NCBI GenBank assembly: GCA_030295235.1
Contig: AP026172.1
Location: 1-64,000, forward strand
DNA from: Fistulifera solaris
Taxonomy: Eukaryota
Direction: 5' to 3'
Length of the DNA: 64,000 bases
Part shown: positions 51,101 through 63,166 of the stretch, piece by piece
How positions within the stretch are numbered: the stretch's first letter is position 1
How the letters are laid out: each line of letters starts with the position of its first letter
Position numbers and translations under genes: made by a program
Notes under the pieces: model-generated
Databases searched by the model: none
Seen by the model: the letters and a program-made list of their open reading frames with translations, nothing else
What the model was told of the DNA's origin: nothing

Positions 51101-52980
51101 TTTGATTGACACTTCGAATCTTCACACGAATGAGATAACACGAATAATCGGGAGCGAGGAATAGTCGAACGAGTCACCTCGATAAGCTGGAAATGAAGAG
51201 AAGTTTGCGTCGACTTAATCCATGATCATCTGCTTAAACAATCAAATGAACGGCGGACACCCAACTGCATATGCTACGTCCTGCTGTAAAAAAATCAATG
51301 AACGTAACGTTGTTTCATTACTTGGGTCGAGATCAGATCTCGACAGTGCGATGACTGCCACAGTGCTAATGATAATGGCGCAAGAAACGCAAATCCTCCG
51401 CACGCTGTATTTATTGACTTCGAGGACGAGTTACTCTAGTGATAGGTCAAACAACGATAAACAGTGCGAAAAATTACTTTATTTTCTTATCAATGCCTGT
51501 ATTTACAGTCGATAGCTTAATGTTGTTGACGATTTGCTATTTACATCACTATCAGTGTCTGAGACCGACAAACAAATGTGAAAGTTTGTGTTTGAAATCG
51601 CTTTGTATCGGCGTAGCACGAAAACAAGTTTTCTTCCTACATCATCTCTTATCTGACGACTTACCTGAGCTGAGCTTTGTACATTTTGTTGACGCTGTCC
51701 GGTGTCTGTGAAAACGAATAAAAAGAAATGGCGTTACGAAATCACTTACGACTAGCATGCCTTGTGGTTATTTAGCCAATCGCGACAAAGGCGCCACTGA
51801 TTAACAGATATTGTTCTTGTGATTCTTGTTCTTCCTGAAGAACAATAGTAGATGAGGAGTGTGTCGATGATGGGAGTGAAATGGAAGTCGAGTATCCTTG
51901 GAACGTCGAGTCGTCTTCTGAAGCGTCCCTGTTAAGACGCTGAACTGATTGCTTTGATCGAGACGAATGTTTGACATGAAGGTGTCGTCGACGTACGGCC
52001 TCCTTGCTGTGCTTTTGTTGGAGTTTCATGGTTAAGCTTTGCTGCTGATCTGGGTTGTGATTGTGGCACCTGTAACACAAGAGACGCTGACCCGTGCAAA
52101 ATTGCGTTTTTTTTATTTGCGTTCGATGGACGTAGAAAATGAACTTGATCCAATGTACCGGCTAAAAAAGTTGCCGACGACACTTCTCAATAGCACAAGA
52201 ACCAAGAACTCGCGAACTGCAGAATGTAGTTCAGTTCTCAGGACTTGAACCTTCAAGCCTTCCCGCCATCATCCGTCTTCGCATTCGTCGCAAGGTTCGT
52301 GAAAAAATGTGACGGCCTGTTCTTTGGATGTTTAAGCCACGTTCTACATATAGAGTAGGCAAAAACAACGGTATTCAAATTCGTATACGGAGTACTGGTA
52401 CCGGTACCGGTACCAAATAATAATAGTCTCTTCACCTTCTGCCCTTTTCCCTCCGCCTTCAAATAATCCGCAACCCCACCAATCCAAACTGCAACAAATA
52501 ATTTAGCATTCCCTCAACAACCAGCATGCAAACCATGAGGGGGCTAATTAAAAGAACTGAAAGGTTTGATACTCCGTCCTTTTTCAAAACGATCAGCCCA
52601 GGATACGGACACGTCGTCATAGCGATCCTGAGTTAATGAGACCCACGTTCATTCCTTTTTTCTAGACGACAAACGACAAGTTATACTGAAAAAGGAATCC
52701 AGGATGGCGAAATAACAAAATGCTGTCCTCCGACATTATGTTGAGATCGCGCAACCTGCTACTTTCATTCTTGTAAAATGGGAATTCAGTCAAGCTAAAG
52801 AAGTATTTGCTCTATCAATCCTCTCAAATGCCTCAATCGATCTGTCCGTGTTCACATTTCCATCGACTGAAAGGCACCAACAAAAACAACATGAAATCAG
52901 ATGATTTGTATCCATTATTTTGCGACTCACAAGAGTGTTGCCGGGTATCCACTCATAAACATTTTCAACGCTTGTGAAGA

Positions 52981-55286
52981 ATGAAACTCGCCCTTATTGC
53001 TATTTGTTTCTTATCGTCCTTCGCCTGTTTCGCGCAAGCGAATTGCGGTGAGTCTCCTCCTTCACCGCCGACGAACTTGATAGCATCGCCAACGGCCGGT
53101 ACGTTGCGAATTGATGCAACACAGTACTGCGAGAGCTCGGGGACTCGCATTGAGAAAACGAATCAAGGAGAACCGTATGTGGGTTTCTTGGATCCCAACG
53201 ACTGGATGGCGTTCGATGTCGACTTACCCACGGCGGGGTCGTATCAAGTGACTTACAGTGTTGCTTCCATGACCGGAAAAGGCGCCTTTCAACTCGAGCA
53301 GTTGGGAGGATCTACCGTCTATGGAAGTATCACTTCTGTTCCTAGCACTGGAAGTTGGTATTCGTTTGCGACGGTGGCTCACATTGTTCAGTTGCCGCAG
53401 GGCAAACAGGCATTGGCAGTGGCGATTCGTCAAGGTGAATTCAATCTGAACTGGATTGAGTTGAAAAAGATTTCTAGTGACGCTCCCGACAATACTGTTC
53501 CTCATGCTGCTTGTCGTGCGGATGAATACGTCCAGATCAGTCTGGGTCGAACGAACCGTGTATCTGCGGTGGATTATTGCGACGCACGAGGTGTTCAACG
53601 AAAGACCAGTCAGAATGGAGGCTACTACGTGAGCAGGGTTGATGCGAATGATTTTGTAGCTTATAACATTGAAGTGCCAAAGTCGGACCTTTATCGGATC
53701 AGTTATCGAGTCGCCAGCAAAGATGGATCGGGTGGACTGGTTGTCGAAGTGTATGATCAATCCTCAATAAAGACCGTGTCCAAGCAAGTCAACGTCCCAT
53801 CAACGGGCGGATGGCAGAAGTGGGCTACCGTATCGCATACGGTCTACCTATCGCAAGGGAAGAATATCTTGGTTATTCGTGGGAAAGGTAGTGGATGGAA
53901 TTTCAAGTCGATGGACATTGGGTTGGGAGCAGTATCGCCTAGCCCTCCTGAGGCCAACCCTGTGCCAGTGTCTCCTCCTGCTATGTTTCCTATACCTGCG
54001 CCCGTTCCAGCCCCTGTAGCAACCCCAGTGCGAGCACCGGTGTCTTCAACACCCAACAAGGGCTTTGTTCGCGCTGATGGGAAGCGCATTGTTGACGGTA
54101 GCGGTAACAATTTGATCCTTCGAGGACAAGGTTTGGGTGGATGGATGCTTCAAGAGCCCTACCAGATGCTCACAGTCGAAGCTGCACCAAAGGGGCAATG
54201 GCAGATGTTTCAGAAAATTGAGCAAACGGTTGGGACAGCTGGTTTAGAGCAGTATCATCGTGCGTGGCTGGACAACTGGTGTACGTACGAAGATGTCAAG
54301 GAACTCAAAGCGTCGGGATTCAATTCGATTCGTGTTGCTTTGCATTACAACCTTTTCACACTTCCCATTGAGGACGAACCCGTGCGAGGAAGAGATACGT
54401 GGATCCAAGACGGGTTTGATCGATTGGATTTACTTCTTGAATGGTGTCAAAGAGAAAAAATTTATTTGATCTTAGATCTTCATGCTGCGCCAGGGGGGCA
54501 GGGACGAAATTCTGCCATCAATGACTACGATGATTCGAAGCCAAGCATGTGGGAAGATGAAGAAAACGTCCGTAAATCGATCGCATTGTGGGTCAAGTGG
54601 GCAGCTAGGTACAAAGACAATACTTGGATCGCAGGTTATGACTTGCTCAATGAACCAAACTGGGGATTCGAGCCAGGACATCTAAATGGATGCTCGGAGC
54701 AGACAAACAAGCCGCTGAAGAACTTTTACGATCGTGCCATCGAAGCGATTCGCAAAGTCGATAAGAACCATATCATTTATATCAATGGAAACTGTTGGGG
54801 CAATAATCACAAAGGGATGTGGCCCTTCGCAGACAATAACATCGCTTTGAGTTTGCACCGCTATTGGATCGAAAATACCGACGCATCGATTAAGGAATTT
54901 TTAGACATGCGTGAAAAATATAACGTGCCTTTGTGGATGGGAGAATCCGGCGAAAACGACAACAACTGGTACAAAGGCGCAGTTCAGTTGTTGGAGCGTC
55001 ACAATATTGGATGGGTAAGTACCGCGACCGTTCTTGTCAAATGACCAAAACAGCAAGCTAACGTGCGCCAACGAAGGCATGGTGGACGTGGAAGAAACTT
55101 CAATCGGCCTCGGGTTCTTACTCGATCGACCCGCCTGCTCAGTATCAGACTCTGGTGGATTACTGGGCATATGGAGGTACCAAGCCAGCAAATGCGATGG
55201 AAACTTTGATGGAACTTGCTGGAAATGCCAAATTGAAAAATTGCATCCGCAACGATGAAGCGATTACAGCTCTTACCGGTATCTGA
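52981..55286 (+). CDS. Secreted CBM6-CBM6-GH5 endoglucanase
   Basis: Signal peptide; two CBM6-like repeats (IDATQY...PSTGSW...NLNWIE; SAVDY...PSTGGWQKW); Pro linker; GH5 LGGWMLQEPY, ILDLHAAPGGQ, LLNEP, WMGESG; 62-nt intron 55015-55076 restores IGWAWWTWKK. Confidence 0.92.
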
Positions 55287-55357
55287 GGTCTAGTTCTTTT
55301 ATGGGTATGACCTTAATCAATAAGAGCTCCGGTAGAAAATGATTACATCCTTTCTCT

Positions 55358-57553
55358 CTAATCCTCCCTCGTAACTTCCAGAGGCGCTACTTCAAAAGAG
55401 ACGGAATCGATTCGCATTGAACCATTAATTTGTTCGAAATTGTGGACCAGTTGACCAGTCGCGCCTATACAAAGAGGACACGAATACATGTCATGTCGCA
55501 CTAGTTCGCCCTGTTCTCGTTTTAGACCGCATTGCACGATCGGATGATTTTGAAAATCTTGCATAGGCTCTTGTCGTTTGCAAGGCATGCAGAAGAGCCC
55601 CGCTGGTCGCAATGTAGGAAGGCCGTACACCAGCCACTTGACTGTCCCGAGTTGAATCGTATCTGAAACTTGCGTCCCCGCCTCTTCCGAATCATATTTC
55701 AGCAAACTTTCATACTTGCTACATTCCCACCACAGCTGTTCCAAGATTCGAATGATTCGCTGCCCCTCGTTTTCTTCGTTCAGCAAACCTAACCAGTACA
55801 GAACTGCTATTAACCGTGACTTGCTGATGAGCAGCGCGTCACTGTGCTTGACCGGAGCAGGTAGCTTCATCACTACGCTATCGGACATGCACAAAGCATT
55901 TGGTGCTGATCCTAGCAAGGCGAATCCGAGTAATCCCTTGTAAACAGCATTTGACGAAGGCAACGAGGAAGGGATGGGCCGGCGACCAACATTGGGCTGT
56001 TGCAAAGCCAGTATCATTTGCTCTAACCGAGCCGCTGCCACTGGACCGGTAACCCGATTCTTTTCTAAATCATGCATCAGTGCTTCCAAGTCGGCCGCAT
56101 ACACAGTCGTAAATACAGCGCGGCTCAAATCATCCCCATTGATGTTCCACTGCTTCTCCGTGGACTGGGGATTGGAAGCGCGGGAACGACGGCGTCGAAG
56201 TTGCGACGGACTACCATTGACACCAAACGCACCAGACACCGCCTCAGAAACTTTACGATCTGCAAATTGATTGTGCCATTGATTCAAATGATTAAGCACG
56301 AGCATTCCTCTCCTCAGTAATGATCGAAAACCCGGATTGATCAGCAGTTCACGTGACAGCGGTGACGGAGCAATTAACAAATTTCCGTTGCTGCTTGGCA
56401 GATTGCGACGATGATTACCGACATAAAAATGGGAAGCGACTTCAAAGAATACAGCGGGAGAGAACAATTTCCACCGACACGCATCATTCGGTTGACTCCA
56501 TTGTCGGGACATTAGATCGGTCGTGTACTCGTGACCCGGTAAAACAATGACACGATCTGCCGTCTCGCGTGGCATTTGCAGATGTGATGTGCATCGATGT
56601 AACAATTCGGCAAAGCAGCGTTCCATGGCGTATCCAGCGGCAGATGTTCGAAGAAGAGAATCGGCAGTCATTTTGTTGGCTTTAATTTCTTGATTGGTAT
56701 CAGTATCCGCTTCGAAGGGAACTCCCGACCCACCTGAAAACACTGTATCTCCCGTGAACAACAAGGCAGACATGGAGGAAGAAGAGGGTACCTTGGGACG
56801 CAAAACGTAGGCTAAAGAGCCACGAGTGTGTCCTGGCGTCGCCACGGCTTCAATTTCGATAAAAACATTCATATCGTTGGAATCATCCGCAGGAAGGGGA
56901 ATTATCTGACCATTCACAAGTGTGTAATTGCAACCTGGAACTTTCTCGACTGCACCTCCCATAATGTACTTCAATGTGTCTTTAAATTGTAGTTGCAGCG
57001 CTCGATTCCCCGCCGTATGATCGTGATGTTTGTGTGTACTGAGAATACTGACGACTTGTATCCTCCGCTTTCGGTAATGCCTTTCACCAATGAGATAAAT
57101 TTGCCGCGTGACCGCTTCAGCATCACCACAATCAATGACGAAAGCGAGAATGTTGCCGCTGGCATTGGGTGGCACCGAAACGATGAGATATCCTAAATTA
57201 TCCATGAATTGCGGCAGAGCATGCACAAAAACGCGTTGCTCCACGACGACCAATCGTTGCTCCATTGTTCGACTGTGGTATCCGTGGGACTTATCGAGAC
57301 GTCGAGCTTTCATGGCAAGACGCATGATATAAAAATGCACCCAGCGCCCTATCGAAAGGGGATACAAAAACTCGACAATAAATCCCATTCGATTTGTGAG
57401 CGGCTGTAATATCCAACCCAAGAGGAAGGTAGGGAATTTCAGAGCCATTGTGAGTAGCCAAAGTAAGCAAAGAAGAAGGAATCCAGTCAAAGTCAAAGGC
57501 GACATGAGGCAAGGATTGTGTCGCCATTCGCGAAACGAGAAAGGATTTGTCAT
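55358..57553 (-). CDS. Glyoxalase II-like metallo-beta-lactamase fold protein with N-terminal TM segment
   Basis: Intact 731-aa ORF; DNLGYL, THKHHDHTAGN, TPGHTRGS, LFTGDTVF, LPGHEY. Confidence 0.88.
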   Translation of the reverse strand: MTNPFSFREWRHNPCLMSPLTLTGFLLLCLLWLLTMALKFPTFLLGWILQPLTNRMGFIVEFLYPLSIGRWVHFYIMRLAMKARRLDKSHGYHSRTMEQRLVVVEQRVFVHALPQFMDNLGYLIVSVPPNASGNILAFVIDCGDAEAVTRQIYLIGERHYRKRRIQVVSILSTHKHHDHTAGNRALQLQFKDTLKYIMGGAVEKVPGCNYTLVNGQIIPLPADDSNDMNVFIEIEAVATPGHTRGSLAYVLRPKVPSSSSMSALLFTGDTVFSGGSGVPFEADTDTNQEIKANKMTADSLLRTSAAGYAMERCFAELLHRCTSHLQMPRETADRVIVLPGHEYTTDLMSRQWSQPNDACRWKLFSPAVFFEVASHFYVGNHRRNLPSSNGNLLIAPSPLSRELLINPGFRSLLRRGMLVLNHLNQWHNQFADRKVSEAVSGAFGVNGSPSQLRRRRSRASNPQSTEKQWNINGDDLSRAVFTTVYAADLEALMHDLEKNRVTGPVAAARLEQMILALQQPNVGRRPIPSSLPSSNAVYKGLLGFALLGSAPNALCMSDSVVMKLPAPVKHSDALLISKSRLIAVLYWLGLLNEENEGQRIIRILEQLWWECSKYESLLKYDSEEAGTQVSDTIQLGTVKWLVYGLPTLRPAGLFCMPCKRQEPMQDFQNHPIVQCGLKREQGELVRHDMYSCPLCIGATGQLVHNFEQINGSMRIDSVSFEVAPLEVTRED

Positions 57554-57871
57554 TGTCTCTGTTCGCGATAACAGCGTCTGATATTCGTTTTGCGTAGCAA
57601 TTTTGAATGATTTCGTTTCGCTTTTTTTTGATTGATAATCGCAACAGAGGAGAGCAGCTGCGAAAAAAGGATTGGGATTGAGATATTATTTAAAAGTTTA
57701 GAATTGCTGAATGGGTTGATTGACCGTCTTGCTCTCTTTAATCAAGTAATACAAATAGGGAAAAAAATGAAACGAGGCAGGGACCATCAACGCGAGCAGC
57801 GAGGAACTTTGTTACGTGAAAGGTTAAGGTTAGATGAACTTTTCCGGATATTATTGTGTTTAAGCACACTG

Positions 57872-58353
57872 TGTCAAAGCATGACGCCCTATGCGACATG
57901 ATGGTGTGTCGGACTGGTGCAAAGATGACGTGAGCACAGCGGACGCACAAAAGATGTCGCGGGTGATTGCGGAGGTGAAGTGGGCGACTGGGTTTTACTC
58001 TGTAGGGAATCGTGGAACGGAGGTTTTCCCAGGTCGCATGAAGGATTGGAATAATTGGAGCATCAGTCCGAATGTGGAGATTTCGGAGGTGATGGCTTAT
58101 GGAGGATACGGATTTTCTAAGGAGATGGGATTGACTAGGATTGACGGCAATATAGTAGAAGGTCAGGGGAAATTATTTGAGAGGACTAATTACCAGGATT
58201 GTTGGAGGATTGCGTCGAACAAGAGAGTTTAGTTTTAGATTATAATCTGTAGACAGAGAGTTTGGAACAAGTTAGGTTTCATAGAGCGTCTCACCAGGGA
58301 TCGAGTTCCGGTGGTGAGAGAGAAGAAGACAGAAGACCGCGGAGATTTTAACA
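57872..58353 (+). repeat. 5' LTR (482 bp)
   Basis: TGTCAAAGC...TTTTAACA; by eye differs from the 3' LTR by one substitution and three 1-bp indels. Confidence 0.96.
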
Positions 58354-58423
58354 CGCTTTAAAGCGTGGTGTTAAGTGTTAACCAAAAGGGCTAGAAGCAA
58401 GCAGCTAGAAGCTACGAAGAAAG

Positions 58424-61400
58424 ATGAGTGACGAAGGTGATAAGATTGCTACTTTGCGTTACTATCCGTTGAACGACAAGATCGCTGACACGGGTTACGA
58501 TGGTTGGCGTTACAAGACGATGGCGTACTTCAAGAAAACGAGGTTGGGCGGATGTGATCGAAAATGTGATGGTCAAGATCCCGACCAAGGAAGAGATGGA
58601 AGCGGAGAAAGTATCGAAGGAGAACAAGTTGTTGTTCAAGCACAATCAGGAGGTGTTTGAGCAGCTTGTGATCGCGTGCGAGGAAGTTCCGCTCGGGTTG
58701 GTGATGAGAGCTGATGGGGATGCAAGATTGGCATTCAAGTATCTCGATCGGAAGTATGCAAGAAACTCGGAAGAGGATTTGGCGGAGGGCGTTGGCTGCG
58801 TTCAGTCGTTGCAAGTTGGCAAAGAAAGAAGACGATCCTGACAAGTGGTTCATGGAAACGGATCGATTGAACAACAGGCTGGCGGCTATTGGGAGAGAAC
58901 ATCGGAAGTCGGAAGTTGAGTTGAAGGCGCATTACACCGGAAACTTACCAAAGGAGTACGGCGATTTGCTGACAAAGTTGAGTGGAAAACTTCGCCGACT
59001 ACGACGTGTTCGCAATCGAGGAAGAAATTCGGGAAACAAATGGAAGCGTGATTTCAAGCCCAGCGGCGAGGAAGCTGAAAAGAAAGAGAAAAAACCATGC
59101 ATTGAATGTGGAAAACGGCGGCAACAAGAAGAAAGGAGCAAAGAAGAAGTTCAAGGGACGTTGTCGGAAACTGTGGCGAGATCGGCCACAAGGCATTTGA
59201 GTGCAAGAAAGAGAAAAAAGTTGGTCTGTTACAACTGTGGCAAGGAAGGCCACAAGGCAAATGAATGTCCTGATAAAACAGACAAGAAAGATGATGACAA
59301 GAAAGACTTGGGAATGTTCGTTGGAATGAGTTTTTGCTGTGAAGTCAATCAAGGCGAAGGAAAATTTGTTGGGTCGACTGGAGCGGAAGAAAAGTTTTTG
59401 CTCGACAGTGGTGCGACGTGTCACGTTGTTGTTGATGAGACGATGTTGACCGATGTCCAAGATAAAAGAGATGTGTTGATTGTCGGAAACGGAAAGGAGG
59501 TGACGACAGTCAAGTCTGGGACATTGACGTTGCGTACTGAGAGTGGGTTAGTGAAGCTACTAAATGTTCGAGTGGCACCCACGTTTGCGAAGAACATTAT
59601 CAGTACCGGCTCGTTGGAAAAACAAGGCAATAAGATTGAGATGTCAAATGGTGTTATGACAATTACGGATGCCAGTGGAAAGCATTCTGTTAAGATCCCA
59701 AGGAGGAACGGGACGCTTTACTACTTAGAGGCGACGCCAGTCAGTGAAGGTGTCGATGCGGTGGAAAGTACGTCGAAACTGGATATCAACGAGGCGCACG
59801 AGAAATACGGACATGCAAGCAATACTCCATTGAAGGAGGTGTCGAAGCAGCTTGGTATCGTGCTCACGGGAGAGAAGAAAACGTGTGAGGCTTGTGCATA
59901 CGCAAAGGCGAAAGCAAAGGCAGTGTGCAAATCAACGCTTGTGAAGGCGACAAAGAAAGGCGAGCGCTTGTTTGTGGATACAAGTGGCCCGTACAAAATG
60001 TCGTTGGCGAAGAACTCGTATTGGATCCTGGTGGTGGATGATTTAACGCGCAAGGCATGGAGTTTCTTTGTTGACAAGAAGTCGAAGATCAAGGATGTGA
60101 TGGAGAAGTTCCTTGATAAGCTGAGTGGTTGTGGTGTGGAGGTCAAGTTCGTTCGATGTGACAATGCAGGCGAGAACGACAAGATGAAAGAAATGTGTGA
60201 AAAGAAAGGAATTACTATGGAATTTACCGCGCCGCTTTACACCGCAGATGAATGGCGTTGCAGAAAGGAAGTTTGTGACGATTCGAGAGACAAGGCCGTG
60301 GCTATGATGCTGGCGGCAAAGCTCACTGATGAGCACCAAGGGAAGTTGTGGCCTGAAGCGGTGAACTCTGCCACAAGGTTGGATAATGCTGTGCCGAACC
60401 GGAACATGAAAGAGAGTCCGGATCTCTTGTGGTATGGCAGTCAGCCAAACTTCTTGCAGCACTTGGTGCAATGGGGTCGAGTTGGATACATGACTATTCG
60501 AGACCAGCAGCCAAAGCTGTCGAAGAAATCGGTGCAGGTGGTCATGGTTGGATATGCAGACCTTCATTCGGGTGATACGTATCGGGTGTTCAAGCCTGAG
60601 TCGGAGACGGTGGTTCTTCAGCGTGATGTCACATGGGCAGACTGGCACGGATCGAGTGGTTCGGTCGCTGAAAGAGTTAAGGATGTTTGCCACCGATATG
60701 GACATCGACACCACGGATGATCAGATTGGGGAGGAAGTCGCTCAGGTCCCTACTGAAGCAGGGAGGAAAGAGTATGTGGAGCCGGAAGTCGCCGAAGAGA
60801 CAGAAAGTGCGAAGGATAGTGCTCCAGTAGCGACTCGGCGAGGAAGATTGGTGCGTGAGCTGGCACGGCCGGACGTCATACAATGTAGCGAACCCCGATG
60901 GTGAAGAAGCTTTTAATGAAGCGGTCAACATGATCCTGAGCATGAATTTTGAAGACTTGAAGAATGATCAGTATGTGGGTGGAGGGATCGATGATGCAAA
61001 GCAGTTTGTGTTGAATGCAGAGCTGATGTCAGATCCGGGGGAACCCGAAACCGTAAAGGAAGCATTGAGTGGAAAGGAAGCTGTTGAGTGGAAGGCAGCT
61101 TTGATGAAGGAGATAGAGAACTTCTTGAAGAGAAAGGCTTGGAAGAAAGAGCTACGCAAGAAGATGAAAGCAAAAGGGAGAAAACCTGTGAGCTCGAAGT
61201 GGATTTTCAAGAAGAAGAATGAAGTCACGGGCTTAAGGTTCAAGGCAGCGTCTGCGCCGCGAGGTTTTGTGCAGATTCCTGGCGTGGATTTCAACTTGTC
61301 GCACTCACCAGTGGCCTCGGACACTTCGGTTCGAATGGTCCTATTGGTTGTGTTGTATAAGAGAAAGGACAAGTGGATTGCCGAGTTGATAGATGTTGAA

Positions 61401-62712
61401 GGCGGCATTTTTGGAAGCGGGTCTTGATGAAGAAGTGTACCTGGAGTGGCCTTATGGATTGGTTGAATTTGGCTACATCACAGAGGAAGAAGCACGCGAG
61501 TATGTGATATTGTTGGATAGAGCGATGTACGGTCTGGTTCAGTCGCCTCGACAGTACTATTTGCTGTATGGCAGCGAGTTGGAGAAACTGGGACTCAAGC
61601 AGTGCGCAGCAGATCCGTGTGTTTGGTACAAAGAAGAGAATGGGGAGACTGTTTTGATCATTGTGGTTTATGTTGATGACTGCATTGTGGCTGGGCCAAA
61701 AGAACAAGTGGAGTGGTTCAAGACCCAGATCAAGAAAACGGTTCAATATCGCTGAGTTGGGACCAATCAAGAAGCATCTTGGAGTTTGGTACGAGCGAAA
61801 GTGCGATGCTGCAGGAGAGTATTATGAAGTAAGGATGGATGACTACAAGAAGGCGATTGTCAAAGACTGGAAGGCACTGTACGGCGAGTTGAAAGTGGAG
61901 AAGACGCCCGGTTATCCAAATGAGTCACTGGTTAAGAGTGAAGACGAACCGATTGACCTCGAAGTGTACAGGAAGTTTCTGGGTCGCATCATGTGGATGG
62001 TCAGAAAGGTAGCACCAGAGTGTAGCAACGCGACAGCGAGTTGGCAATGTTCATGGATAAGCCTGGGAAGGAGCATTGGAAGGCCATGAAGCGTTTGGTA
62101 GGCTATTTGGCAAGTACTGACGTGCACTTGAAGTTGCGAGAGCCGTTAAACCTAAAGGTATATGCCTGGGTGGATTCGAACTTTGCTACGAATAAAGAGA
62201 GCGAAAGAGTGTGACTGGATTTTTTTGTTACGGTGGGCGGTGGACTTTGCGTGTTTTCGAGCAAGTTGCAGCCGTCAGTGACTTTGTCCAGCACTGAAGC
62301 AGAGTATTATGCGGCGTCTCACGTGTGCAACGGATATCAAGTTTCTGCAGATGTTGTTTGAGGAGTTGTTTCCAAAGGAGTTGACTTCGGCCGGGTGTGT
62401 TGCTTGAAGATAACACCGGCGATCTTCCTTATGGAGAACCAAGTGGTTGGCAACAGAACTAAGCACATTGATATCAGGATGCATCATATCAGAGAGATGA
62501 TGTCGAAGGAAGGAAACATGGACCCGAGATTGGTTGTTAAGTTTGTCAAGTCAGAGAACAACATTGCAGATATTGCGACCAAGAACGTGACGGAGAAGGT
62601 TCATGATAGGTTGGCTCCCATTGTGCGTGAGGGACTAATGAGAGAGTTCATTAGAGCCATCTTGGCAGCCGACAGGGAGGATGTCAAAGCATGGCGCCCC
62701 TATGCGACATGA
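58424..62712 (+). CDS. Copia gag-pol polyprotein (frameshifted in this assembly)
   Basis: Zn knuckle CYNCGKEGHKANEC, protease LLDSGAT, integrase HEKYGH...CEAC, VDTSGP, RCDNAGE; RT YGLVQSP and YVDD; RNase H VDSNFA, KHIDIR, ADIATK. Confidence 0.93.
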
Positions 62713-63166
62713 TGGTGTGTCGGACTGGTGCAAAGATGACGTGAGCACAGCGGACGCACAAAAAGATGTCGCGGGTGATTGCGGAGGTGAAGTGGGCGAC
62801 TGGGTTTTACTCTGTAGGGAATCGTGGAACGGAGGTTTTCCCAGGTCGCATGAAGGATTGGAATAATTGGAGCATCAGTCCGAATGTGGAGATTTCGGAG
62901 GTGATGGCTTATGGAGGATACGGATTTTCTAAGGAGATGGGATTGACTAGGATTGACGGCAATATAGTAGAAGGTCAGGGGAAATTATTTGAGAGGACTA
63001 ATTACCAGGATTGTTGGAGGATTGCGTCGAACAAGAGAGTTTAGTTTTAGATTATAATCTGTAGACAGAGAGTTTGGAACAAGTTAGGTTTCATAGAGCG
63101 TCTCACCAGGGATCGAGTTCCGGTGGTGAGAGAGAAGAAGACAGAAGACCGCTGGAGATTTTAACA
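62682..63166 (+). repeat. 3' LTR (485 bp)
   Basis: Near-identical direct repeat of 57872-58353. Confidence 0.96.

Larger units (their letters stand above)
57872..63166 (+). mobile_element. Full-length Ty1/copia LTR retrotransposon
   Basis: TG...CA LTRs at 57872-58353 and 62682-63166; ACACTG duplicated on both flanks; polypurine GACAGGGAGGA before the 3' LTR; PR-INT-RT-RH domain order. Confidence 0.97.

Noticed and set aside
51600..52183. Possible small spliced minus-strand gene (MKLQQKH...LLISGAFVAIG)
   Set aside because: Exon structure and product could not be established
57891..58232. ORF MSRVIAEVKW... present twice (also 62766-63044)
   Set aside because: It lies inside the LTRs and is duplicated for that reason only
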